Assembly: GCA_018896765.1 (NCBI GenBank)
Contig: JAHILZ010000016.1
Location: 1 to 61,634 of the forward strand
DNA from: Patescibacteria group bacterium
GTDB lineage: Bacteria > Patescibacteriota > Minisyncoccia > JAHIHE01
Length of the DNA: 61,634 nt
Reading direction: 5' to 3'
How positions within the stretch are numbered: position 1 is the first letter of the stretch; each line of letters starts with the position of its first letter. The notes below the pieces were generated by a model, which was not told where the DNA came from, did no database searches, and saw only the letters and a list, made by a program, of their open reading frames with translations. Of the stretch, positions 47,564 through 56,881 are shown piece after piece. The position numbers and the translations under genes were made by a program.

Positions 47564-48733
47564 TTGTACCCTCAAAATATAAGTGTAATTGGAGGAATCG
47601 ATATAAACAAAAAACCAAAAAATAAAAGAAGAGATATTGAATCTTTGCTGGAAGGTTATGATATAAATAATCTTTCTCACGGAACTTGCGGAAGCCATTC
47701 CGCGCTGGATGTTTGCAGCGGCGCGCAACAGGAAGGACTGGCAAATTTCGTACTTGCCAAAGAAGGAAGGCATAGAACCTATACTGAGATGTTTCGCGAA
47801 CGAGAACACGGAATTCGTAAAATAGGCTGCGTTCAAGAGGTTTGCGTCGTGGAAAACTGGAATGAAATACTGAGTAAAAAAGTCACTGACTGGATAAGGG
47901 AAAGAAACGGAGTAATTAACCTGAACAGATCTTGGGCAGTATACTTGAGAGATAAACAAACTGGCTATGATCCAATTTTCGAAATGAATGTTCCATACTT
48001 TGGAAATCCTTATCTTGTCCAAGCGGAAGAGAGAGCTGATCCATATAAAATAGAGTACAACCAAGACTTCCTGGCAAAAAAAGCCAATTTGCCTGTTCCT
48101 GATACATTTTCGACGCCGGAAGCGATAGATCGTCCTGCCTTGATCAAGGCATCTCAATTCTCGGAAAAAAGAGATTTTGCGCGAAACTTTATTATCGTGA
48201 ATTCTCCTGAAGAATATTACGAGAAATTGAAAATGGTTGTAAATAATGCTCCGGCAAGCGAGAAAGTATTCGTTGAATCAGCTTTCCGAAGCGCGCCTAT
48301 ACAAGAATATATCTCCGGCGACCTACTGATCAATTTGAATTATTTCCGTTCTCCAACATGGGATGATTTAGAATTTTTAGGCGCTGACACAAGAAGGCAG
48401 TTTGGAAACGGCGAAGAAGCCACGCATATACCCATAAGCTTGAGAGAGTCACTGCTGGAACAGGTAGTCAATATGGGCTGGGATCTTGTTGAAACAGTCG
48501 CGAAATATTATCCTCAAGGACTGGTTGGACCATTTGCCATACAGTGTATGGGAGATGCGAAAGAAAAATTAAGACCCATAGACTTGAGCCTAAGAATGCC
48601 AGGATCTCCGGACGCGGGAGCCACGCCTTATCCAATCTATTTTTATGGCGAAAGAGTGGATTTCGGAAGAAGATGCGCGATGGAGATCAATGACGCCGTC
48701 AAGGAAGGAACTCTTGAAATGGTATTAGGTTAA
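47564..48733 (+). CDS. purP: archaeal-type FAICAR synthetase PurP (ATP-grasp)
   Basis: From my recall of Methanocaldococcus PurP, it aligns along the whole length (GSHSAL, VPYFGN, IQEYISG, IPISLRESLL, GPFAIQC). The exact start is uncertain because there is no ATG near the expected N-terminus. Confidence 0.65.
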   Translation: MYPQNISVIGGIDINKKPKNKRRDIESLLEGYDINNLSHGTCGSHSALDVCSGAQQEGLANFVLAKEGRHRTYTEMFREREHGIRKIGCVQEVCVVENWNEILSKKVTDWIRERNGVINLNRSWAVYLRDKQTGYDPIFEMNVPYFGNPYLVQAEERADPYKIEYNQDFLAKKANLPVPDTFSTPEAIDRPALIKASQFSEKRDFARNFIIVNSPEEYYEKLKMVVNNAPASEKVFVESAFRSAPIQEYISGDLLINLNYFRSPTWDDLEFLGADTRRQFGNGEEATHIPISLRESLLEQVVNMGWDLVETVAKYYPQGLVGPFAIQCMGDAKEKLRPIDLSLRMPGSPDAGATPYPIYFYGERVDFGRRCAMEINDAVKEGTLEMVLG

Positions 48734-48879
48734 ATGGTATTAGGTTAAAATCGATAAATTTTACCCGCGGATAATCTATTTTGAATATGATATTCCGCGG
48801 GATTTTTTTATTTTATACCGCCATTGACATTTTTAAAATATTTTGCTACTATTAGAATTACAAACAGGAGGTAATTTTA

Positions 48880-49125
48880 ATGGAGGAAATAGAAAATTTA
48901 ATCATAAAAGCGGAATGGGACGTAACAAAGAAAGCATGGAAAATATACGATATTGATCATGATGGAATAAGTTGTATATATTTTGACACGAGGACATCGC
49001 TTTTGAATCATTTTGGCCAAAAACCTGGCTGTTGGGTTCTTGGATCGGCTATCAAAATGTTCGCCGCATCGGATGTGAGAACAGAAGTATATGAATATTA
49101 CTTCTGGCGACCGAAACAAAAATAA
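48880..49125 (+). CDS. hypothetical small protein
   Basis: 81-aa ORF with AGGAGG 8 nt upstream and a terminator directly after the stop. Confidence 0.5.
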   Translation: MEEIENLIIKAEWDVTKKAWKIYDIDHDGISCIYFDTRTSLLNHFGQKPGCWVLGSAIKMFAASDVRTEVYEYYFWRPKQK

Positions 49126-49126
49126 A

Positions 49127-49149
49127 AAGGCAATATGCCTTCTTTTTTT
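49127..49149 (+). terminator. intrinsic terminator
   Basis: aaggc / gcctt stem followed by cttttttt. Confidence 0.6.
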
Positions 49150-49381
49150 ATTACAAAACCCGCCGGAGAAGCGGGACCTGAGAAATCCATATCACGTCGC
49201 ATAATGTAGGTTATGCGACGTGATAGAGTATCGGAAATTCTTATTTATCGTTATTTATACCGCTTAGCGGTAATCCTCCGTTTTTGCGATTAAAAACGCT
49301 CATAACTCAATTTTAAGCGTTTTTTTATTGTTTGGGCGGATTTTCTTTGCCATCTTTTTATCTATTAATCAAATAATCAAA

Positions 49382-50569
49382 CTATTCAATTAAGTATTTT
49401 TTTATTAGACCTCGAGCTTTTTTAATCTTTTTTAGGTGTTTTTTCGGACAATATACTCCGATAAGCCAATGATTCCACTCAGCTTCATTTAATGCTTTGA
49501 CCATTGGCGAGGCTTTTTCCAAATTTTTGCCTGACGGCGCTATTAAAATTTCACTTTCGCTGATTTTTGGAAAGTTTAAAATATTTATCAAAATTTCATA
49601 ATTTTTAATTTCGAGCCGATCTGCGATTATTTTTTCTATTTTTGAAATATTTTTTATATTTTTTATATTTTTAAAATTCGGCAAATCTTCTTTTTTAAAA
49701 ATAATCGCTTCTTGATAAAGATCTCGATTGCTAATTTGATTGATTAAATTTTTGGCCGCGGTTTTAGAAGACCGTAATTTGGCGATGAAGTCAATATCAT
49801 CGAATTTAGCAATTTCATCGGGTAAAATTTCCCCTGCCAATATGGCTTTTTCAAAAGCCGCGCGAAGCATATTATTGGCGATAAGAGTTTTTCGATGCAT
49901 ATATACCATCGAATACATTAAATATCTTGAGATTAATATTGATTCAAACGCGGGCAAGTATTTTTCGTCGACAAAATATTTTTTTCCAACGACCTCCATG
50001 CTTTTTATGATCACATCGACTTCTATTACGCCATAAGCCACTCCGGTATAATACGAATCTCTTTTAAGATAATCCAATCTGTCCACATCGATTTGTCCGG
50101 AAATCAATTTTCCGAATTTCCCCCCGCCTTTGATAAAATCACAAATTATGCCGATATTTAATTTTGATTTTTTAATAACCTCGGCTATTTTGCCCCGGCG
50201 AATAATATTTATGGTTTGCTGTTCGTGCGAGGCGCCGTTGAGCAATCCAATTGATTTTTCAATCGCGTGCGAGAAAGGATAATGTCCGATGTCATGCAAT
50301 AGCGCCGCTGCCATAAATTCTTTGCCGTACGGGATTTTATCTTTTCGAATTGCTTTTTCCGTGGAAATTTTTTCAATAATTTTTTGCGCCAAATAAAAAG
50401 CGCCGATAGAATGTTCGAACCGGCTGTGATGCGCCGAAGGGTAAATTAAATAGCTTAAGCCCAGTTGCTTGATGTTCCGCAATCTTTGAAACTGTTCTGT
50501 TTCAATCAAGCTTTTAAACGGCTCTTCCAAGCTGATAAAGCCGTATAAGGGATCTTTGAGAATTATCAT
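49382..50569 (-). CDS. HD-domain phosphohydrolase (dNTP triphosphohydrolase-like)
   Basis: RFEHSIGAF and LLHDIGHYPFSH motifs. Confidence 0.8.
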   Translation of the reverse strand: MIILKDPLYGFISLEEPFKSLIETEQFQRLRNIKQLGLSYLIYPSAHHSRFEHSIGAFYLAQKIIEKISTEKAIRKDKIPYGKEFMAAALLHDIGHYPFSHAIEKSIGLLNGASHEQQTINIIRRGKIAEVIKKSKLNIGIICDFIKGGGKFGKLISGQIDVDRLDYLKRDSYYTGVAYGVIEVDVIIKSMEVVGKKYFVDEKYLPAFESILISRYLMYSMVYMHRKTLIANNMLRAAFEKAILAGEILPDEIAKFDDIDFIAKLRSSKTAAKNLINQISNRDLYQEAIIFKKEDLPNFKNIKNIKNISKIEKIIADRLEIKNYEILINILNFPKISESEILIAPSGKNLEKASPMVKALNEAEWNHWLIGVYCPKKHLKKIKKARGLIKKYLIE

Positions 50570-50571
50570 GG

Positions 50572-50638
50572 GTTTGGAATGTAGAATGTAGTGGGTGGAA
50601 AGTGGTAAATGTTTAATTACTACCTTCCACTTTCTATT
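50572..50638. repeat. intergenic hairpin of ggtggaa/gtag words
   Basis: ggaatgtagaatgtagtgggtggaaagtggta faces tactaccttccactttcta. Confidence 0.6.
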
Positions 50639-51956
50639 TATATAATATCATTTGTTCCACTGAAGTGGTTGTTTCATAAAGAGTAGCGATATTTTCACGG
50701 GTTGAATCCAAATAAATATTGCTCCCCCACATCGGATCATTAACTATGTATCCGCGCGAGTCTTTGGCAAAGACCACGACATAGTGGCCTCCGCTTTTTC
50801 CCACAGCTCGTATAAAAACAATTACAGGAAAGCCGTCTTTTAAGTTTGCGTCAATTTTACTCCAATTTACTTTTTGCCGCGTTTCGTTTGCTATAAGGCT
50901 GATACTTCGCCAGTTAGCCGGCCACTTGATCAAGTCAAAAGAAAATAACGGCTGTTTCGCAAGACTGCCTGGAGTAATATTTTCATTGTGATATTTAAAA
51001 AGCATGGCCAGTGACGTGACGGCGCATCCGTAATTTTTCATTGTTGAGCTGGAATTACCGATAGTCGCATCGCCCCAGCGAGGGTCGGTTTGATAATAAT
51101 GCCATAGCGCGGCTACGGGATTTGGCGCCGGCAATAATTGCGCCGCTCGAATTTTATCAAGTTCTTGAGCTTTGGCTTTTTGAAGTTCTTCAATATTTCC
51201 AAGAATTTCTTGTCTTTGCTCTTCAACTCTTTTAAGCAGGTTTTCATAACGTCCCTGCTCGCCTTTTGTTATATCAAAAAGATTTTTTTTGGAAGCGCGC
51301 GCGGAATTTAATGATTCTTTTTCTTGAATGAGTCCGATTTTTAATATATCAATTTCCGCTTTTTTGGAAATCTCTTCTTTTCTATTCCACTCCAATTTTT
51401 CTTTTAGATTTTTTAAATCGATAACCGAAGCGCTGATTTTCCCTTGTATCGATTCCAAACTGTAGTAATTAGTCAAAAAATCAGAAAGGTTATTATTTTT
51501 AAGAAGATTGCTCAATAAATCTTCATTTCCGGAATTATAAATTTCTCTCAGCAGGCTTGCCAAAAATTCTTTTTGTCTGGTTATGTCCTGCCCTTTTCCG
51601 CGAATTTCAGCATTAAGTTTTTCTATTTCAAAAGAAACCTGTTCCAGCTTAATTTCCGTTTGTTTGATTTTTGTTTCGGCGAATTTTATCTCTCCGTCTA
51701 AAAGCGCCATCTGGTTTTCCAAATTAGCCGCCGCGGTTCTTTTTATTTTTACCGAAATCAGATATTCCTGCCTTTGATCTTCCAAAACTTGCCATTGTTT
51801 TTGCCATTCGGAGATTTTGGAATCAAGTTCATCGAGAGTATCGGCTTTGATGGCAAAAGGAAGCAATAAAAGTCCCAGCATTGTCATTGCGAGGAGCGAT
51901 CTTAAAGAGTGACGAAGCAATCTCAGATTAATTTTTTGTAAAATAAATCTTGACAT
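50634..51956 (-). CDS. secreted coiled-coil protein with C-terminal C39-like cysteine peptidase domain
   Basis: Long coiled coil, then NYGCAVTSLAML ... GGHYVVVF. The real start is probably Met 51887 or 51881, since upstream codons are repeat DNA. Confidence 0.55.
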   Translation of the reverse strand: MSRFILQKINLRLLRHSLRSLLAMTMLGLLLLPFAIKADTLDELDSKISEWQKQWQVLEDQRQEYLISVKIKRTAAANLENQMALLDGEIKFAETKIKQTEIKLEQVSFEIEKLNAEIRGKGQDITRQKEFLASLLREIYNSGNEDLLSNLLKNNNLSDFLTNYYSLESIQGKISASVIDLKNLKEKLEWNRKEEISKKAEIDILKIGLIQEKESLNSARASKKNLFDITKGEQGRYENLLKRVEEQRQEILGNIEELQKAKAQELDKIRAAQLLPAPNPVAALWHYYQTDPRWGDATIGNSSSTMKNYGCAVTSLAMLFKYHNENITPGSLAKQPLFSFDLIKWPANWRSISLIANETRQKVNWSKIDANLKDGFPVIVFIRAVGKSGGHYVVVFAKDSRGYIVNDPMWGSNIYLDSTRENIATLYETTTSVEQMILYK

Positions 51957-53752
51957 TTTGATAAAAGTATACTAAACTGGTTAAACCATAAAGGAGGTAA
52001 AATAATGGCAATGATGTCTGAAGAAGAAATAAAAAAGTATTTAAAGGAATGAAAGCAAAGCTTAAAGGATAGCAGGCAAGAAGAGGAAGGTTGGATTTTG
52101 TCATTGATTTGACATTTGGAATTTGTCATTTGACATTTTTTCTCAATCCCTGCCTCAATTCTTTTTAAAACTTTTTCTTTTCCCAGAACTTCGGCAATCT
52201 CAAAAGGGCTGGGCGAGAATTTAACGCCGCTTAATGCGACTCTCAAAGGCCAAAGCGTATCCCCTACTCCCAATTTTTCCATAAGTGAGTTTATGGCGAT
52301 TTCTAAATCTTTTTTATTAAACTTTTCTTCCGGCAAATTTTCTAATATTTTCGCGGTTTCCGCCAGATTTTCTTTGGCTTTTTCCAGTGTTGATTTTTTC
52401 CATTTCAAAAGCGCGGTGTCGTATTGTGGAATGTCAACAAAAAAATATTTTGTCGTTTCCGCGATGTCGGATAATTTTTTCATCCTCTCCTGTTCCAGCG
52501 CTACTACTTTTTTAAGCCAGTCAAAACTAATTTCCTCGCCCGTTTCTTTAACTTTAAATTTTGAACTGTAACTTTTCACTTTTAACTTTTCACTTTTAAC
52601 TTCTTCTATCATTCCAGCTTTAATCAAGTACGGCAAGCATAACTCTGTTAATTTTTCCAATTCCATTTTTCTAATATAATTCCCATTCATCCAATCCAAT
52701 TTTTTCAAATCGAAAATCGCGCCGGATTTCCCAACCTTGTCTAAAGTGAATTCTTTAATCATTTCTTCTCTGGTAAAAATTTCTTTTTCAGTCCCCGGAT
52801 TCCAGCCGAGAAGCAGTATAAAGTTAATGAGGGCTTCAGATAAGTATCCTTTTTCGATATATTGTCCTACCGCCGCATCGCCGGCGCGTTTGGAAAGCTT
52901 TTTCTTGTCCGCGCCGAGAATATTCGGCAGATGAGCGAATAAAGGCGGCTGCCAGCCAAAGGCGCCGTAAAGCATCAAATGAATTGGCGCGCTGGAAAGC
53001 CACTCTTCTCCGCGTATAACATGGCTTATTTCCATTAAATGATCGTCAATTACGCTTGCCAAGTGATATGTGGGAAAACCATCTGATTTTTGAAGAATAT
53101 AATCGTCAATTAAAGAATTATTGAATTGTACGGTGCCGCGTATAAGATCATTAAATTCTGTATTGCCGGTAACTGGAGTTTTAAAGCGAATTACGTATCG
53201 CGCGCCTGATTTTATTTTTTCCTCGATTTCTTTTGCGGATAATTCTCGGCATAGTCTATCGTAGCGAGTCGGATGTTTCTTGGCATTTTGCTCGGCGCGC
53301 ATTTTTTCCAGCCGTTCCGGCGCGCAAAAGCAATAATAAGCTTTTTCCGCATCAATAAGCGCTTGGGCATACTTTTTATAAATATCCAAGCGCTCGGACT
53401 GAATATACGGTCCGTAGTTTCCTAAACTTTGAACTTTGAACTTTGAACTTTGAACTTTCGTCATTGCCGGTCCTTCGTCCCAATCCAACCCAGCCCACTG
53501 AAGCATCTCAAGGATGTTTTCCAAAGCGCCTGGCAATATTCTTGCCATGTCCGTATCTTCGATACGCAATAAAAATTTTCCGCTATAATGTTTCGCGGTC
53601 AAATAACCGTAAAGCGCGGTGCGCAAACTGCCGATATGAAGATAGCCCGTGGGACTCGGCGCGAAACGGGTGCGGACTTCTTGCGGCAATAATTTGCCGA
53701 TTAAAATATTTGGTTGAACAATAGTTTTTGTTTCATCTAAAATCGAAATCAT
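51923..53752 (-). CDS. gltX: glutamate--tRNA ligase with repeat-derived insertions and C-terminal extension
   Basis: HIGSLRTA (HIGH) and KLSKR (KMSKS) motifs. At 609 aa, it has about 70 extra C-terminal residues plus two K/V/S/Q-rich inserts. Confidence 0.9.
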   Translation of the reverse strand: MISILDETKTIVQPNILIGKLLPQEVRTRFAPSPTGYLHIGSLRTALYGYLTAKHYSGKFLLRIEDTDMARILPGALENILEMLQWAGLDWDEGPAMTKVQSSKFKVQSLGNYGPYIQSERLDIYKKYAQALIDAEKAYYCFCAPERLEKMRAEQNAKKHPTRYDRLCRELSAKEIEEKIKSGARYVIRFKTPVTGNTEFNDLIRGTVQFNNSLIDDYILQKSDGFPTYHLASVIDDHLMEISHVIRGEEWLSSAPIHLMLYGAFGWQPPLFAHLPNILGADKKKLSKRAGDAAVGQYIEKGYLSEALINFILLLGWNPGTEKEIFTREEMIKEFTLDKVGKSGAIFDLKKLDWMNGNYIRKMELEKLTELCLPYLIKAGMIEEVKSEKLKVKSYSSKFKVKETGEEISFDWLKKVVALEQERMKKLSDIAETTKYFFVDIPQYDTALLKWKKSTLEKAKENLAETAKILENLPEEKFNKKDLEIAINSLMEKLGVGDTLWPLRVALSGVKFSPSPFEIAEVLGKEKVLKRIEAGIEKKCQMTNSKCQINDKIQPSSSCLLSFKLCFHSFKYFFISSSDIIAIILPPLWFNQFSILLSKCQDLFYKKLI

Positions 53753-53756
53753 AAGC

Positions 53757-53815
53757 TGATATTAGATATTAGATATTAGATGCTAAGACAAAATATCTAA
53801 TATTCAGTATCAAAT
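53757..53815. repeat. intergenic hairpin of gatatta words
   Basis: gatattagatattagatattagatgc faces atatctaatattcagtatc. Confidence 0.6.
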
Positions 53816-53872
53816 ATTTATATTTATAGTCTATCCTTTTTTTGCTTAAAAGTCTATAAGTATTGACAAATC

Positions 53873-54724
53873 TTATAAAATTGCTAAAATTTTAACTTTT
53901 TTTGTCAAAACCAGCCAGCTAAATTTTATTGTCGCGTTATAAATTCTGCCAATGCGTCGCGGTTCCTGAGCTAACCTCCACAGCCATTCCAGTCCGGCAT
54001 TTCTCATCCATCGCGGAGCGCGCTTGATGCGTCCGCTGATAATCTCAAACGCTCCGCCTACGCCCATTGCCAGCCGCACGGTTGGCAATTTTTTTAGATT
54101 TCGGGCAATCCATTTTTCCTGGCGCGGTGCGCCGTAAGCCGCAAACAAAATATCGGGTCTTGCTTGATTAATAATTGAAACCGCGACCCTGTCCCCTTCC
54201 TCGAGCGCGTCTCCGCCAAAAAATCCGGCGATTTCAATATGAGGAAAATTTTTTTTGATTTTTTGCGCGGCTAATTTCGCGCCTTCTTGGCGCGCGCCAA
54301 GAAAAAAAAACCGTTTTTTTCCGATCGGATTATTAAAATTATTAGCTATTCGATAAATTAAATCCACGCCCGCGATTCTTTCTTTCAAACCGCCGCTTTT
54401 GGAAAATATTCTTGAAGCTAAAATCGGCCCGAATCCATCAGGAAGCGCCAAATCCGCTTGATTGATAATTTCGCGAAATTTCCTGTCCTTTTGAGCCGCC
54501 ACGATAATTTCCGCGTTAGCGGTAATAATATAATGTTGACTTTCTGAATTAAGAAAACCATCGATTTTCTCCATCGCTTCCCTGCCGGTAATTTTATCAA
54601 TTTTAATTCCAAGGATATCAACTTTTCCATTTTGACAAAAATTTATATTCGCATTATGTTTTTTCGCTTCTTGCGGGCATTTGGTCGCAATTTGATCAAC
54701 CATAGACATTCTTTCTGAGTTCAT
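53873..54724 (-). CDS. WecB/TagA/CpsF-family glycosyltransferase
   Basis: Family pattern: IITANAEIIV, ADLALPDGFGP, APRQEKW. Confidence 0.8.
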   Translation of the reverse strand: MNSERMSMVDQIATKCPQEAKKHNANINFCQNGKVDILGIKIDKITGREAMEKIDGFLNSESQHYIITANAEIIVAAQKDRKFREIINQADLALPDGFGPILASRIFSKSGGLKERIAGVDLIYRIANNFNNPIGKKRFFFLGARQEGAKLAAQKIKKNFPHIEIAGFFGGDALEEGDRVAVSIINQARPDILFAAYGAPRQEKWIARNLKKLPTVRLAMGVGGAFEIISGRIKRAPRWMRNAGLEWLWRLAQEPRRIGRIYNATIKFSWLVLTKKVKILAIL

Positions 54725-54871
54725 AAATAGTTTACAGTTAATTTATCGTTAAGGAGTTTCAATATTCCGCGATCCTTCTGCGTTAATTCCGCGAGATTCC
54801 GCGAAATTAGCGCCAGCAGGCCTAATTTATCGCTAATATTATATCATTTTACCCATAAAATGACAAATTTT

Positions 54872-54900
54872 TTGCTTAAGAACAGAAAAAGTGGTATAAT
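54872..54900 (+). promoter_or_regulatory. promoter of the radical SAM gene
   Basis: TTGCTT, a 17-nt spacer, then an extended -10 TGgTATAAT. Confidence 0.5.
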
Positions 54901-54964
54901 AAAATTAGTTTGTAGCTGGTAGGTTGTAGTTTGTAGAAAAAATAAAAATAATTTAAATAAATTT

Positions 54965-55984
54965 ATGCCTAAAATTTGCCATAAAAAACTTTGGGAAAAG
55001 CTGGAGGGAAATAAAGCGCGCTGCAAGACTTGTTCGCACTACTGCTTAATTCATGAAGGCAGACGCGGAATTTGCGGAGTGCGGGAAAATAAAAAAGGCA
55101 AACTTTATTCTATGGTTTATGGAAAAGCTATCGCGGTAAATATAGATCCAATCGAAAAAAAGCCTTTTTTTCATTTTTTGCCCGGCACAAAAAGTCTTTC
55201 AATAGCAACGGTTGGCTGTAATTTTCGCTGCAACAATTGCCAAAATTGGTCAATTTCTCAAGCGCCTAAAATAGGAAAAAAAGAAATTACGGGAGAAGAC
55301 TGGCCGCCTTCAAAAGTCGTTAAAATGGCAATGGATAATAAATGCCCAAGCATTTCTTATACCTACACCGAACCGACTATTTTTATTGAATATGCTTTGG
55401 ACACGATGAAGCTGGCTAAAAATTACAAGCTAAAAAATATATGGGTTTCCAACGGGTATATGAGCGCTGAATGCATTGAAGTTATTTCTCCGTATTTGGA
55501 TGCGGCGAATATTGATTTGAAATCTTTTTCCGATAAATTTTACAGGACCAATTGCGGCGGAACGCTCGCGCCGGTGCTAGAGGCGTTAAAACTTTTGAAA
55601 AAAAAGAATATATGGGTCGAAATTACTACGCTTGTTATCCCGGGACTTAGCGATGACATGAAAATGCTTGAAAAAATCGCTAAATTCATTTATCGCGATT
55701 TAGGCGCTGAAACTCCGTGGCATGTATCGCAATTTATGCCGGCGTATAAATTGCCGCATCTTGAAATGACTCCGGCAGAAGCTATTAAAAGAATTTGCGA
55801 GATGGGCCATAAGGTAGGCTTAAAATATGTTTACGCGGGAAATATTCCCGGCACCTATCTTGAAGATACATATTGCTCAAAATGCCGACAGCTGATGATT
55901 GACCGGGAATTATACAGCGTAATGCGGTTCGACAAAGCAGGCAAATGCGCCAATTGCGGGGAAAATTTAAATTTGATTCTTTAA
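54965..55984 (+). CDS. AmmeMemoRadiSam-system radical SAM enzyme
   Basis: N-terminal Cys cluster CKTCSHYC...GICG, DPIEKKPFFHF, CNFRCNNCQNW (CX3CX2C). No AMMECR1 or Memo partner is in the window. Confidence 0.8.
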   Translation: MPKICHKKLWEKLEGNKARCKTCSHYCLIHEGRRGICGVRENKKGKLYSMVYGKAIAVNIDPIEKKPFFHFLPGTKSLSIATVGCNFRCNNCQNWSISQAPKIGKKEITGEDWPPSKVVKMAMDNKCPSISYTYTEPTIFIEYALDTMKLAKNYKLKNIWVSNGYMSAECIEVISPYLDAANIDLKSFSDKFYRTNCGGTLAPVLEALKLLKKKNIWVEITTLVIPGLSDDMKMLEKIAKFIYRDLGAETPWHVSQFMPAYKLPHLEMTPAEAIKRICEMGHKVGLKYVYAGNIPGTYLEDTYCSKCRQLMIDRELYSVMRFDKAGKCANCGENLNLIL

Positions 55985-56120
55985 ATCACCCGTGTTATAA
56001 TTTTTAGAGGAGGTGAAATAAATATGAGATGTAAGCAGTCAGGTCGCGGCAATCTCATTCTTAAGTTAAAAGTTCAAAGTGAAAAGTTAAAAGTCGAATT
56101 TAAAATTAAAAGTTTGTAAA

Positions 56121-56260
56121 GATTCAGTAACTTTAAACTTTTAGCTTTACCCTGTTAAATTTGTCTTGCAACTATTTAACAAGGCGCAACTTTGAATTTT
56201 GCATTTTGAACTTTGAACTATTTATAGATTGCTTCGTCGCTTCGGCTCCTCGCAATGACA
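56121..56260. repeat. left arm of perfect 140-bp inverted repeat
   Basis: Exact reverse complement of 61495-61634, verified base by base. Confidence 0.95.
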
Positions 56261-56279
56261 GAAAATTAACTATAATTTT

Positions 56280-56663
56280 ATGCTAAAACCGGATTTTCAA
56301 AAATTAAAAAAGTTTTTAATCGAAAAGGAAGATAAAATCATCCTATTGATCGGATTTGCTCTTGTCGCTTTTTTATCATACGGCGCCGGAAAATTATCCG
56401 TAGCATATCGCCCGCAAACGCCGATTATTTTTAAAGATGTTCCTGATTGCTCTGTACTAAAAGCGTCTGGTGATGCTACCACGGTTGGTTCAAGTGATAT
56501 TGCCATTACTACCGCTCAAGGCAAGATAATCGGGAACAAAAATTCTAAAATTTATCATACTCCCGGAAGCGCTTCATATAATAAGATCAACGAGGAAAAT
56601 CGGGTTTATTTCAATACGGAAGCCGATGCCCAGAAAGCGGGATATAGAAAAACTAAAATGTAG
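56280..56663 (+). CDS. membrane-anchored protein with C-terminal YH-x-PG...AGYR motif domain
   Basis: One TM helix. The C-terminus KIYHTPGSASYNKINEENRVYFNTEADAQKAGYRKTK resembles the small DNA/metal-binding 'sunset'/Ada-like module, but without the Cys ligands. Confidence 0.45.
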   Translation: MLKPDFQKLKKFLIEKEDKIILLIGFALVAFLSYGAGKLSVAYRPQTPIIFKDVPDCSVLKASGDATTVGSSDIAITTAQGKIIGNKNSKIYHTPGSASYNKINEENRVYFNTEADAQKAGYRKTKM

Positions 56664-56881
56664 TTTACCTTGTTAAATAATCCCGAATTTTCGGGATTCC
56701 GGCTTTACCGGATTTAACAGGGTCAATCTCGAAGTTATAAAGTTATAAAGTTTATTTGCATACCTCGACTTCTTCTCCGATTTTCTCTTTTAAGTATTCT
56801 TTTACTTCATTTATTCCGCCGATAATGACATAATTTTGAGTTAATTTAATTGAAATTTAAAATTATTTCCGCTAGCCGTTT

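Noticed and set aside
56757-56858. Minus-strand open frame ending ...VIIGGINEVKEYLKEKIGEEVEVCK*, a possible gene remnant downstream of RhuM.
   Set aside because: It has only 34 open codons, no start and no recognisable family, so it is too short to support.
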